Origin: Macrostomum lignano
Taxonomy: Eukaryota
Length of the DNA stretch: 64,000 nt
NCBI GenBank assembly: GCA_002269645.1
Contig: NIVC01001297.1
Span: 1-64,000, forward strand
Direction: 5' to 3'
Shown here: positions 12,263 through 23,413 of the stretch, piece after piece
Layout: each line of letters begins with the position of its first letter
How positions within the stretch are numbered: the first letter of the stretch is position 1
Notes under the pieces: generated by a model
What the model was told of the DNA's origin: nothing
What the model saw: the letters and a program-made list of their open reading frames with translations, nothing else
Databases searched by the model: none
Position numbers and translations under genes: made by a program

Positions 12263-13606
12263 TTAAGAGCTCGGCTCCAGACAGACCAGCATCCAGGCCT
12301 GCCCGCATCCGCCGATGTCGCTGTCCGCCATCGGCGCCGACACCTCGCCGTATCCGGGCAGCACGCTGACAGTTCCTTCGTGGCTCCAGCAGCCGTAGTC
12401 CAGCTGGCGAAGCCCAACGTCGGCCTCGGCGACTGGCGGCGCGGTCAGCCGGTGCAGGTCGACGGGTCGGCCGCTGTCCGGTTCGACTGGAGCGGCCCAG
12501 AGCGTGCAGCCGCTGGCGGCCGGCAGGAAATGAAACCTGACCGACAGGGTCGGCGAGTCGGCGGGCCCGGCCACAGCCGTATAGAATAGGCGCGAGTCGT
12601 GAGTCATTCGGCCAGCCCCGCCCGGCCGCGCCACCAGCCGCAGGCGGAACCAGCCGCGACTCTCCGCGGTTACCGACTCGACGGCCGATAGCCATTCGGC
12701 ATCGACTGGGTTCGGGCGCAGCTGACGCAGGCGGCGAATTTGACAGCCGGACAGCAATAGGAGCAACTCGGCCGGCCGATGGCCGCGGGACAGCAAACCG
12801 GCCAGACAGGCCCGGACACTTTCATCCGAGTCCACGGCTGGCCAGCCGAACTCGCAGGCGGCGATCAGCGCGTCGGCAGCCGCCTCAGCCGTCGGGCTGG
12901 CGGCCAACAGCTGGGCGAACTCACCAGCCTGCAGGCTGGCTAAGAAGGCCCGGCCGCCCGGCAGACAGTCAGATTCGGACAGCAGCAGCAGGCTGGGCAG
13001 GTGGCCGGCCGCCAGGCGCAGGCAGATGGAGCAGGCGCGGCCAAGCCGAAGCCAGCGCAGGTCGGCGAACTCTGCCAGCCACCACGGCGAGGAATCTTCG
13101 CCGTTGTTGTCGCCCTCTTTCCAATTCAGCAGCCGATCGCACAGCACAGTCTCGCAGGCCAGCCGGACACTATCGGCCAAGTATTTGTCGGCCAGCAGCA
13201 GCACTCCGGCCAGCAGAGGCCAGCTGTCCGCAGGCAGCATCTCCGCCACCCTGGCGCAGTCATCGGCCAGCAGACACGCGGTCAGAAACGGGCCAAAGTC
13301 GGGAGTCTCGTGAAGCACCAGAAACTGCGACCGTCTGGTTAGTCTGGTGCCCAGCTGCCGCCAGTCCGGGCTGAGCATCCGGGCAAATACGGGACTGGCG
13401 CGGCGCAGCTGATCGATTGGTGCCACGTAGCGCCGGCCGCCAACTAACAGTTGGACGGAGCCACTCGGAGGCGCCAGGACCAGCGAGCGGCAGCCAGCCG
13501 AGCTAGCACCAGCTGTGGCGGCCATCCTGCTTTGTCTCCTTTTGTTATTTCTGCTTTCAGACGCTTCTGAGCAAGCAGATCTGCCAGCCTGCTGCAGTAT
13601 CGCCAA
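12263..13606 (-). CDS. BTB/POZ-domain protein, intronless; start may be the ATG at 13525
   Basis: VQLLVGGRRYVAPIDQLRRASPVFARML ... LLLADKYLADSVRLACETVL is a typical BTB fold pattern. Confidence 0.8.
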   Translation of the reverse strand: MAILQQAGRSACSEASESRNNKRRQSRMAATAGASSAGCRSLVLAPPSGSVQLLVGGRRYVAPIDQLRRASPVFARMLSPDWRQLGTRLTRRSQFLVLHETPDFGPFLTACLLADDCARVAEMLPADSWPLLAGVLLLADKYLADSVRLACETVLCDRLLNWKEGDNNGEDSSPWWLAEFADLRWLRLGRACSICLRLAAGHLPSLLLLSESDCLPGGRAFLASLQAGEFAQLLAASPTAEAAADALIAACEFGWPAVDSDESVRACLAGLLSRGHRPAELLLLLSGCQIRRLRQLRPNPVDAEWLSAVESVTAESRGWFRLRLVARPGGAGRMTHDSRLFYTAVAGPADSPTLSVRFHFLPAASGCTLWAAPVEPDSGRPVDLHRLTAPPVAEADVGLRQLDYGCWSHEGTVSVLPGYGEVSAPMADSDIGGCGQAWMLVCLEPSS

Positions 13607-13737
13607 TGCGATCTGTCTGCTGTAGTTTTACAGATGCATTAATTAAGCAAGGTGTTGATTTGGAGATGGATAATGAATAAGAGCTTGTTAAGATAGAATG
13701 GATACTTGCACAAAGCGGTAGAGGAAAATGAATGGCT

Positions 13738-14024
13738 AGTGGCCTACGTACATTGGGGGGAAGGGGAGCGGAGTGGCCTGCGTACATTTGGGAAGGGGTT
13801 GGCCTAAGTGGCCTGCGTACATTGGGAAGGGGTTGGCCTGAGTAGCCTGCGTACATTGGGGAAGGGGTTGGCCTGAGTAGCCTGCGTACATTGGGGAAGG
13901 GGTTGGCTTGAGTGGCCTGCGTACATTAGGGGAAGGGGTTGGCCTGAGTGGCCTGAGTACATTGGGGGGAAGGGGGCCAGAGTGACCTGCGTACATTGGG
14001 GGAAGGAGGGCATGAGTGGCCTAC
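13738..14024. repeat. ~35-bp G-rich minisatellite
   Basis: GAGTGGCCTGCGTACATTGGGGAAGGGGTTGGCCT, about 8 copies. Confidence 0.9.
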
Positions 14025-14869
14025 CGCCAAAATCGCTCGTAGGAAAATTAATGAAGACGTTAATACTTCAGGAACAATAAATGACAATTAGTATAGTATT
14101 AGTATATTTGGATTACAGTGAGATTTTTAAACAGTTGATAAACGCGTGGAAGCAACTTTGGTGTTTTAATCTTGAGTGTTTATGCAATACATAATAAATA
14201 TCTTTAAGAGGCAAAAAAACAACCCAACAGAGTGGTTGCTGCTTTTGCCGTGTAGACTTTAGATTAATATATAATGCCAAAATAAAAACGGTTTCTAATA
14301 CATACACTTGCAAGCACAGATATATAGATATAGACATATTAATATATCGTTAACGTAGTTTAACAACAATTAAATGCAAATGGAATGTTTTTTGCTGAGT
14401 CAGTAAAAAGTTTATAATTTATAAACATCTTTGAAGACAAGATTGCAAAACCAATCGCGCAGCGAGGAATGTTGGCGGCAAGATATAAATAAACAACAAA
14501 AAAGGTATATGAACACCTTCGAACCAGATAAAAATGTGATTAATATCGCCATCAATAAAACATATGATGTGAACTGTTGGTAGTGCTCGGAATAAATTGC
14601 AAAGTGATTTAATAAAAATCTATAGTTGTTAAAATATTGCCAGTGATTAAAGTGCTGGATATTAGTGGGTAGAAGAAACCAGAGTGACTGACAAACAGCT
14701 GAGTTGGCACACTATCGCCATCGTGACACAAAACCAGCACGGCTGTGCAGAGTTGTGGGTCGCAAATATTTTTAACAAGGATAAACTCAGAAGCAAGACT
14801 GCCGGATAGCTAACAGAACAAAGAGAAACTTTTTCTGTAATGCTTCGCTTACCTCAGGTAGGAAAATAT

Positions 14870-14928
14870 CTATCTATCTATCTATGTATCTATCTATCAT
14901 CAATCAATCAATCAATCAATCAACCAAT

Positions 14929-14959
<31 letters not shown>

Positions 14960-14966
14960 CCAATCA

Positions 14967-15005
<39 letters not shown>

Positions 15006-15018
15006 ATCTATCTATCTA
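14870..15018. repeat. Compound microsatellite (ATCT)n/(ATCA)n
   Basis: Direct reading of tetranucleotide runs. Confidence 0.95.
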
Positions 15019-15215
15019 AACAATTCACGGATCTATTAATCGACTGATTAATGAAACTCTAAATTACTCAAGAAAGTAATTTTCCCTGAGTACAGTTTTT
15101 CTACTTAGCCCTTAAGGAAACAACAACTTGCCAGTGATGAGCAAACTTTCATGACAAAAGGATTGCAGACTCAGTTACTACTAACACACAAACTAATTAG
15201 TTTTGGTCTTTCGAG

Positions 15216-16229
15216 TCAGTCAAGCCCGGCCGGAATTACTCGAACTCGGGCCGCGCCGCCAGCCCCGCAAGACGACAGCCGGCGAGCTCCGCGAAGCGAC
15301 GCCGGCGCCGACAGGGACGAAGCGGCGGCAGAGGCGGCGGCGCGACTCCCGGCTGAGCTTGAGCACAGCGGACAGGCGGCCATCCCGGTGGCTTCGCAGG
15401 CGGTGCAGCGCAGTCGAAAATCGGCCGGCGAAGCAGCAGCAGCAGCAGCCGACGCCGTCGCCGCCGCCACCCGCTGACGCCGGGAGCCGCGGCAGGCCGG
15501 GCAGATCACGTGACGAAGGCCGCCGCAGCCGGCGCAGGCGGAAGGGCCGACGGCCGGCCGTCCGGCGGGTAGCCGGGGCTGCTCAGCCAGCAGTCGGGCC
15601 AGCTGGCCGGACTCATTGAGTCGCTCAACTTCGAGTCGGCCGCCGATCAAAGCGCCGTCGATAAACAGCAGCGGCGGCGGGCGCAGCGAGCAGGCAGCGT
15701 GCCAGGCCCGGTTGAACAGCAGGTTGCGCTCCTCGAACTGGACCCGGTGAGTGTGCAGGATGCGGCGGACGGCCTGGCAGGCCTCGAATGTCGGCCGGAT
15801 CACCGTCAGGCTGGTGATGTACAGCACAACGCCGCTGGCTGGCAAGTCGGCGCAGGCGCCGGCAGCGGAGACGGCAGAATCTTTGGCGGGGTCCGAGACG
15901 GCCGCGGCCTGACGCTCCAGCGCTTGAAGACTGTCGCGGACGCGGCGTCGATGGCCTCGCACGGTGCCTCGGCTGCTTAAGATGGCGTCGCCGGCCGTTT
16001 CGTCGACGCCAGCAGCGATGACGTCGCTATTAAACCTGATGACGTCACTATTGGAGCCGATGACGTCACTTGTGGAGCTGATGACGTCACCGTGGGAGAC
16101 CTGTTGCTGCTGATGCTGTTGCGCTCGGTACTGGCGCAGCGACTGGCACCGAACAGGCGGGGGCGGCGGCGGCGGCGGAGGCGGCGGCAACGAAGGCTGC
16201 ATTATTGGAATAATTAGGTTTCTCTCCAA
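15216..16229 (-). CDS. Glutaredoxin domain-containing cysteine-rich protein (GRXCR-like); first in-frame ATG at 16202
   Basis: VVLYITSLTVIRPTFEACQAVRRIL...PLLFIDGALIGG...LNESGQL plus C-terminal CAGCGG..CPACRGS..RCTACEATGMAACPLC. Confidence 0.9.
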   Translation of the reverse strand: MERNLIIPIMQPSLPPPPPPPPPPPVRCQSLRQYRAQQHQQQQVSHGDVISSTSDVIGSNSDVIRFNSDVIAAGVDETAGDAILSSRGTVRGHRRRVRDSLQALERQAAAVSDPAKDSAVSAAGACADLPASGVVLYITSLTVIRPTFEACQAVRRILHTHRVQFEERNLLFNRAWHAACSLRPPPLLFIDGALIGGRLEVERLNESGQLARLLAEQPRLPAGRPAVGPSACAGCGGLRHVICPACRGSRRQRVAAATASAAAAAASPADFRLRCTACEATGMAACPLCSSSAGSRAAASAAASSLSAPASLRGARRLSSCGAGGAARVRVIPAGLD

Positions 16230-16387
16230 ATAGGCAGATATAAATTAGGTAGAGGACTCCTTCCAATCGGTACGGAATGACTGACAAGAAATGATAAGGC
16301 TGGAATCAGAAAATTTTATCAATAACAAATTTCGTTAGCTTGCATCAGTAGTATGAAGTGCTTGTGGGTAATTTAGAGTTGAGATTT

Positions 16388-16553
16388 TCGCTGATTGCTA
16401 ATCCTCCCATTGGGATCTGATTGCTAATCCTCATATTGGGATCTGATTGCTAATCCTCACATTGTTGATTGGGATCTGATTGCTAATCCTCATATTGGTG
16501 ATAGGGATCTGATTGCTAATTCTCATATTGGTGATTGGGATCTGATTGCTAAT
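16388..16553. repeat. Short degenerate tandem repeat
   Basis: Repeated GGGATCTGATTGCTAATCCTCATATTG. Confidence 0.8.
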
Positions 16554-17103
16554 GAAGAGTGAAGATGTTCAAATATCACAAATTCGCGTATAAAACATAT
16601 GGTTTATACCAGAGAGGCACCAAAAAATTACCATAAAAAGATTGTTTTTAATAACGCGGAATTATTGTAAGAAACATTGTAATTTTATTTGAATTTTGAA
16701 AAAATAAATCTATTAGTAAAAAATAATTGGAAACAATAATTGCTGGATTTATTGCGAGTATAAAGTTACTGCTTTGAAATTGAGGAAATCAAAGGCACAT
16801 TGTACAATTTATCTGATAGCAATTATTAGGACATACCTAAGAGAAAAATTTTTAAAGTCGCAAATAATGTACTTTAATAAGAAAAATAACCGCCTGCCTG
16901 TACTTCAAGTAGCCAGTATCTAGCCTCGATTGCAATATCATTATTGACAAAAGACAAACAGTTGATAACATTATACGCTCGCGACCCATGCAAATATTTT
17001 GGAAGAAACAACAAAACAAAAAATTATCAAAATTCAATACTTGAAAATATTGTAATTTGATTCATGACATTGCGAAGGCTGAAGGTAACCCACCAGGCAG
17101 CAA

Positions 17104-17974
17104 TTGAGGATTTGGGAGGCTGGCCCAGCAAGTGAGGATCTGGGAGGCTGGTGGCCCAGCAACTGAGGATCTGGTAGGCTGGCCCAGCAAGTGAGGATCT
17201 GGGAGGCTGGTGGTCTAGCAACTGAGGACCTGGGAGGCTGGCCCAGCATCTGAGGATCTGGGAGGCTGGCCCAGCAAGTGAGGATTTGGGAGGCTGGTGG
17301 TCTAGCAACTGAGGACCTGGGAGGCTGGCCCAGCAACTGAGGACCTGGGAGGCTGGCCCAGCAAGTGAGGATTTGGGAGGCAGGCCCAGCAACTGGGGAT
17401 CTGGGAGGCTGGTGGTCTAGCAACTGAGGACCTGGGAGGCTGGCCCAGCAAGTGAGGATTTGGGAGGCAGGCCCAGCAACTGAGGATCTAGGAGGCTGGT
17501 GGTCTAGCAACTGAGGACCTGGGAGGCAGGCCCAGCAACTGAGGATCTGGGAGGCTGGCCCAGCAACTGAGGATCTGGGAGGCTAGTGGCCCAGCAAGTG
17601 AGGATCTGGCAGGCTGGTGGCCCAGCAACTGAGGATCTGGGAGGCTAGTGGCCCAGCAAGTGAGGATCTGGGAGGCTGGCCCAGCAAGTGAGGATCTGGG
17701 AGGCTGGCCCAGCAAGTGAGGATCTGGGAGGCTGGCCCAGCAACTGAGGATCTGGGAGGCTAGTGGCCTAGCAACTGAGGATCTGGGAGGCTGGCCCAGC
17801 AACTGAGTATCTGGGAGGCAGGCCCAGCAACTGGGGATCTGGGAGACTGGTGGCCCAGCAACTGAGGATCTGGGAGGCTGTTGGCCCAGCAACTGAGGAT
17901 CTGGGAGGCAGGCCCAGCAACTGAGGATCTGGGAGGCTGTTGGCCCAGCAACTGAGGATCTGGGAGGCTGGCAG
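17104..17974. repeat. 28-31-bp minisatellite
   Basis: GGCCCAGCAA(C/G)TGAGGATCTGGGAGGCT with optional GGT/AGT inserts. Confidence 0.95.
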
Positions 17975-18172
17975 CTTATATCTAAACAATGAAGTATTTC
18001 CTAGAAATAGCTTCGTAAAAAATCGTCACAAGCTATTTGTCTGAATTACCTGAACGCTGCAATGCTAGAAATTGGCAATTAAATTTAACAGTTTTTGCAC
18101 CACTTTATTGATTAGAGACAGGCACGTTTCTGTGAATCAATACTATAAACAGCCAGTCACGCTGAACAGTAA

Positions 18173-18444
18173 TCAAGTCGCGTACACTGGCGGAGGGCTC
18201 CTACGACCGGAGCTGGCGCCCAAAGCTGACAGCGGAGGAGGCGCCGAGCCCTGCGCCAGTAACGGCGTCCGCTCGTTAGCGAGGCCGGTGTAGCCGAAAG
18301 TGTCGGCGTCGCTGTTTCCGGCCGTCATCCGGCGCTGTGCCTGACGGCCTCGCGTGGCCGGATCGAGACAGCGCCGATTCCAGCAGTACTGCAGCAGACA
18401 GCAGAGCGGCAAAGCTGCCAGGCAGGCTAGCAGGAGAGCCCAGT
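18173..18444 (-). CDS. TM7SF3: TM7SF3 ortholog, exon 6 (last TM segment and tail ending ...ERTPLL...)
   Basis: Acceptor TTATTAG, phase 1, DWALLLACLAALPLCCLLQYCW; ERTPLL matches the TM7SF3 C-terminal dileucine motif. Confidence 0.8.
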
Positions 18445-18789
18445 CTAATAACAGAAACAGAGCAATCAGCTGTTTTTTAAACTACTTATGTCTAGTGAGT
18501 AGCAAGTGAAGAAAATAATTTCTGTTTCTGTCGGAGAAAAAGCTTTTTTAGTTTACATGACGCGTTACCGATGGAGAAAAAGCCAATTAAGCATAGAGTT
18601 GGTGTGCACCCACAAATACTCGCAAAAATGCGCTCATCTACTAATGCGCAAAATCTGGGTTCCTGGAAGCAGCGCAGATCTATTAAATTAGCATCTTCAC
18701 CCTGTAATGATTCCAGACTGCCAGACTAGCTTGAAGATAGAAAGAGTGGCGCCCCAGCCCCCCAGCCAGGCCGATAAACAGTTTGGCTG

Positions 18790-19370
18790 TCCTTTTGCCC
18801 GCTTGTGCCTGAATTTGACATCCCTCCTTGCTGCTCTCTCATTGGCTGAGCTAGATTGGGCCTGCCCTAGTTTCTCCATGCTGCTCTCTCATTGGCTGAG
18901 CTAGATTGGGCCTTCCCTAGTCTGTCCATGCTGCTCTCTCATTGGCTGAGCTAGATTGGGCCTTCCCTAGTCTGTCCATGCTGCTCTCTCATTGGCTGAG
19001 CTAGATTAGGCCTGCTCTAGTCTCTCCTTGCTGCACTCTCATTGGCTGAGCTAGATTGGGCCTGCTTTAGGCTCTCCTTGCTGCACTCTCATTGGCTGAG
19101 CTAGATTGGGCCTGCTCTAGTCCCTCCTTGCTGCACTCTCATTGGCTGAGCTAGATAAAGCCCTCTTAAAGCTGAGTTTCGTCCGTCTGCCGTTGAACTA
19201 TCTCTTAACCGCTCTCTCATTAGGTATCAAATTTGTCTCAAGAACAGATTGGATATATGAATACTCCTGAGGCCACAAACCCCACAGGAAAGAAAAGAAG
19301 TTATTGCTGCCACATTAAATTTAAGTGACACTGCGCAGAAAAACTACTTAAAAAAAGTAGACGCTCTGCT
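18790..19370. repeat. Dispersed repeat related to 57214-57718, with an internal 50-bp x7 array
   Basis: Shares CCTTTTGCCCGCTTGTG, the ATTGGCTGAG-containing units and GGCCACAAACCCC...AGTGACACTGCGC...AGTAGACGC with the copy at 57 kb. Confidence 0.8.
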
Positions 19371-19716
19371 TTTCGCAACCAAAATTTTGAATGAGATATA
19401 TTTACTTTTCTAGTATGCTGTAGGCCCTAATAAAATTTAATAATGTCGAGCAAAAACAAACAAACAAACAGTTTCGGACAATATAATCCGTAAGGAGCCA
19501 GTACAGAAAATGTTTCAAAATTTCGAAGTGTGACGTTTTGCCATTTACTTGCTTTTTTAGTTGTTAAAAATACAGTAAAAATGATACTACTAACAAACGG
19601 AAGTAGTTTAAACGCATATGTGCTGATTAACTACCTTATAAAATTACTAAACGTTTTCAATCCTGCGGTTTACAATTTTTGAACAGAGCGACAAATTTCA
19701 AGCCGAAATAACTCAC

Positions 19717-19888
19717 CGACAGTGTGACGCAACGACATGAACATATGCACCCGATTATAGTCCTTGTAGGCTGTACGCCGGAAAAGATCCAGAAAGATGT
19801 AGGGAAATGCGGAGCCTTCTAGTAGATTAGCGGCAATGCCAACTGCCAGAGTAAATATGCCGAGCAGTGACATGGCGAATATTGCGCC
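19717..19888 (-). CDS. TM7SF3: TM7SF3 ortholog, exon 5
   Basis: CAG acceptor and GTGAGT donor; GAIFAMSLLG...AFPYIFLDLFRRTAYKDYNRV resembles TM7SF3 SLSYITLNVLKRALNKDFHRA. Confidence 0.8.
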
Positions 19889-20145
19889 CTGAATGGGATC
19901 AAACCAATTCAATATTCATCACCTGAGCACTATAAAAATTCTAATAAAACAAAATATACTGAATTTTGTTTTTTTCTCTATAAAATTCCTGTCTTGCACT
20001 TAATCTCTACTAACAGTAGCATGCTTGGTCATTATTGAAATTAGCTTAAAGTAAGAGATGCTGTAAGCTTTTAGGAACCCAAAAACACTTTTAGTGCGCC
20101 TAAATATCGCTTTTCAAAAACCTCGGCATGATAAATAGAGAAACC

Positions 20146-20835
20146 CTAAACTTCACACAACCTTAAGCTTCACACACAGCCTAAACTTCACACAAACCCC
20201 AAGCTTCACACACAGCCTAAGCCTCACACAAACCTTAAACTTCACACACACCAAAGCTTCATACAAACCCTACGAGCGTAAGCTTTACACAGACCCTCAG
20301 CTTCACACAGACCCTCAGCTTCACACAGACCCTCAGCTTCACACAGACCCTCAGCTTTACACAGACCCTCAGCTTCACACAGACCCTCAGCTTCACACAG
20401 AACCTCAGCTTCACACAGACCCTCAGATTCACACAGACAGATTCACACAGACCCTCAGATTCACAGACCCTCAGCTTTACAAAACCCTACGAGCGTAAGC
20501 TTCACACAAACCCTAAGCTTCACACAGACCCTAAGCTTCACACAGACCCTCAGCTTCACACAGACCCTTGGCTTCACACAGACCCTAAGCTTCACACAGA
20601 CCCTCAGCTTCACACAGACCCTAAGTTTCACACAAACCCTAAACTTCTCACAGACCCTAAGCTTCACACAGACCCTAAGTTCCACACAAACCCTAAACTT
20701 CACACAGACCCTAAACTTCACACAGACCCTAAGCTTCACACAGACCCTAAGTTTCACACAAACCCTAAAATTCACACAGTCCCTAAACTTCACACAGACC
20801 CTAAGCTTTACACAAAGCAGAAGCTCCACACAAAC
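20146..20835. repeat. 18-bp minisatellite in a TM7SF3 intron
   Basis: CTTCACACAGACCCT(A/C)AG units. Confidence 0.95.
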
Positions 20836-20891
20836 CAGAAGCTTCTTGTCACAGAGGCCCTTAATGGTAGAATGACTAAAAATGGACTCAC

Positions 20892-21238
20892 CGCATTAGA
20901 GAACAGCAGCAGCAACAGTAAGCACAGCATAGCAACAACGGCCACAGACAGAAACATGATGTACTCTTCTCTCATTAGCCACCACAGCTGGCCAAGCGGA
21001 GTGGCAAAGGCGGCGCAAGCCAGCAGGTAGCTGCATGGCAGATGCACAAAGAGCAGACCAAGGACGGTAGACTTGCAGCGAAGCCAAAGTGCCCAGCCAA
21101 TCAGGCCAAGTGCCAATCCGCCAACGCCCGCGCCTAGCAGGTAGGCTAACCAGGTGGATTCACTGCTGAGCGACAGGGCGCGCAGTGTGCCAGGCAGAGT
21201 GAACAGCGACCCAGCTGCGAACCCGGCTATGAGCACGC
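20892..21238 (-). CDS. TM7SF3: TM7SF3 ortholog, exon 4 (several TM helices)
   Basis: CAG acceptor and GTGAGT donor; FATPLGQL matches TM7SF3 FFTPLGNL. Confidence 0.8.
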
Positions 21239-21373
21239 CTGTGGTTGAGGTTGTTTTTTGATGGAGTGCTTCATATTCTTTCACTTGGAGTCACATACCA
21301 ATGCTGTATGAATCCCCACTTCCGGTCTGCCAATACTGAATGAATCCCCACTTCCGGTCTACCAATACTGTAT

Positions 21374-23413
21374 TGTAGGGCGTGCGCGCTGCACTCTCTG
21401 CCCCACATTATTATTCATGACTCATTCTCTCGCCTAAATTTGTTTACCAATTCTCGACCAATCGCGCATCGCTGCACCCCACCCCACAATATTGACTAAT
21501 AAATATATTGAGTAAACAGAGCCATACAGAGGCCACCTTTTCGGCACGCAAACCCAGACTTCACATTGGCATCGCAAGCAGTCAGAATGTCTGTGCCTCT
21601 GCAGCTACCCCCGCCTGAGCAGTTTAACGAACAGGCAGAACAACACAATCTCTCAGCAAAGTGGGAGGAGTGGTCCGGCCGTTTCAAAAGGTTTGTCACA
21701 GCCAGTGGCATCACAAGTGCCGACCAGCAGCGCGAAATTCTTCTCTACGTAGGCGGCAAGCAGCTGGCGGACACATTTAAAGAGCTGAATAGAACTGGAA
21801 AGTCTCTTGACGATCTGATTGAGGCATTCAGGACTCACTACAGCGACAGGCACAACCCTGTGTTTGTCAGGTATGAATTCCGGCACTGCACGCAGCAAAC
21901 TGGCGAGTCACTGGACGCCTGGACACAGCGCCTCTACGCAGCCGCCGATGGTTGCGAGTTCGGGTCCCAGCGCGACTTGCTCATCCGAGACCAAATAGTG
22001 GCCGGCTGCAGATCCGCCCAGCTCCGGCGGACACTCCTGCAAACTCGCAACGTCAGCCTCAAGGACGCACTGCAGCAAGCAAGAGCCTTCGAGGCGGCGG
22101 AACTTCAGTCAGCAGCCATCGAAGCGCGAAACAACGAGACGATAAACTCGATCCATCGAAAACGCCACGGCCAGGAGTCCCGATCGGAAGCCAAATGCAT
22201 TCGGTGTGGAGAGCTGGGCCACCGCACGTGCGAACTGGCAAGAGGGAAAACCTGCCACAAATGCAACAAAATTGGACACCTGGCGAAGGCTTGCTTGTCC
22301 AGCCCCGGCGGATTCGATGAGAAAGTGCACGTGGTATCGGCCCAGGGGCGAGCCGAGCCAGAGGACCTGGAGAGCAGCTGCGAGGTTTTCTGTCTCGAAT
22401 CCCGAAGGAATCGCCTGCCGCGCGTCAGGGCGACCATCAGGAGCCGCAAAGCCGACCTTCTGATCGACAGCGGCGCCGGCTGCAACCTGATGAGCCTGCA
22501 GACCTTCTGGTCCATCGGAGGCAGGACAAGGGACCTCCAGGGATGCAAGCGTCGAGTACACCCGTTCGGCTCCAGGAAGCCGCTGGTCACGCTCGGGATG
22601 GCCAGGCTGCGGACCGCCGTTTACAACATCAGCGCCAGCATCAACTTCATCATCATGAGGGAAGCGGCAACGACGATCATCGGGAGGGAGACGAGCGAAG
22701 AGCTGGGCATCCTGCGCATCGGGCCTCCGTCACGCAGCACATGCTTCCAGAGACACCACCAGCCAGGCCCCATGAGCCGAACAAGAGACCCATCTGATGG
22801 TCGGACGACGCTGCAGCGGGACAGGCAGGACCGGAGCGGAGCACTGGCGAATCGGGCTGGCAACTCTGGCCTCACAGGTGCGCCGTGGAGCAGCGTCAGA
22901 CTGAGTGGCCAATTCGAATACGAGTAATGCGAATAATTTGCACCGGCTATTGATTGTTTTCAATTTTCAAGTTTTCAATACCTTCGATTCATTGCTGCAG
23001 AACTTAGCAACCTACATGTAGCTCAATGCACCCAAGCTTCACTGGATTAAACATTGTACTTTCGCCACAATCTTGATAATCTCGACTGTCGACTACTCGC
23101 ATGCTCGAATTCTAAAATTATTGTTTTTTCTCCCTGATTGAATGCTCGCTTGTTTTAATGTAGTGAGATTTGACTTAATTCTGTTTTTATCTCCCTGAAT
23201 TTTTATTCACCTGGGGAAGGATGTAGGGCGTGCGCGCTGCACTCTCTGCCCCACATTATTATTCATGACTCATTCTCTCGCCTAAATTTGTTTACCAATT
23301 CTCGACCCATCGCGCATCGCTGCACCCCACCCCACAATATTGACTAATAAATATATTGAGTAAACAGAGCCATACAGAGGCCACCTTTTCGGCATGCAAA
23401 CCCAGACTTTACA
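21374..23413 (+). mobile_element. Non-autonomous Ty3/Gypsy (Mag-like) LTR retrotransposon, 2040 bp
   Basis: 192-bp LTRs (TG...CA) at 21374-21565 and 23222-23413 with about 3 mismatches; TGG PBS-like site after LTR1; PPT GGGGAAGGA before LTR2; flanks TGTAT and TATAT. Confidence 0.92.
21566..22927 (+). CDS. Gag (two CCHC knuckles) plus aspartic protease; no RT, RNase H or integrase
   Basis: KWEEWSGRFKRF...IRDQIVAG, CIRCGELGHRTC, CHKCNKIGHLAKAC, LLIDSGAGCNL. Confidence 0.9.
   Translation: MASQAVRMSVPLQLPPPEQFNEQAEQHNLSAKWEEWSGRFKRFVTASGITSADQQREILLYVGGKQLADTFKELNRTGKSLDDLIEAFRTHYSDRHNPVFVRYEFRHCTQQTGESLDAWTQRLYAAADGCEFGSQRDLLIRDQIVAGCRSAQLRRTLLQTRNVSLKDALQQARAFEAAELQSAAIEARNNETINSIHRKRHGQESRSEAKCIRCGELGHRTCELARGKTCHKCNKIGHLAKACLSSPGGFDEKVHVVSAQGRAEPEDLESSCEVFCLESRRNRLPRVRATIRSRKADLLIDSGAGCNLMSLQTFWSIGGRTRDLQGCKRRVHPFGSRKPLVTLGMARLRTAVYNISASINFIIMREAATTIIGRETSEELGILRIGPPSRSTCFQRHHQPGPMSRTRDPSDGRTTLQRDRQDRSGALANRAGNSGLTGAPWSSVRLSGQFEYE

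Noticed and set aside
12240-13342. Overlapping and antisense ORFs within GC-rich genes (also at 15151-15980, 21653-22963, 51344-52611, 60051-60953)
   Set aside because: Expected shadow ORFs of GC-rich coding sequence, with no domain signal.
17027-17989. Several repetitive ORFs (LGQPPRSS...)
   Set aside because: Stop-free frames of a 28-31-bp minisatellite with no unique coding flanks.
20461-20829. (RVCVKL)n ORF
   Set aside because: 18-bp intronic minisatellite.
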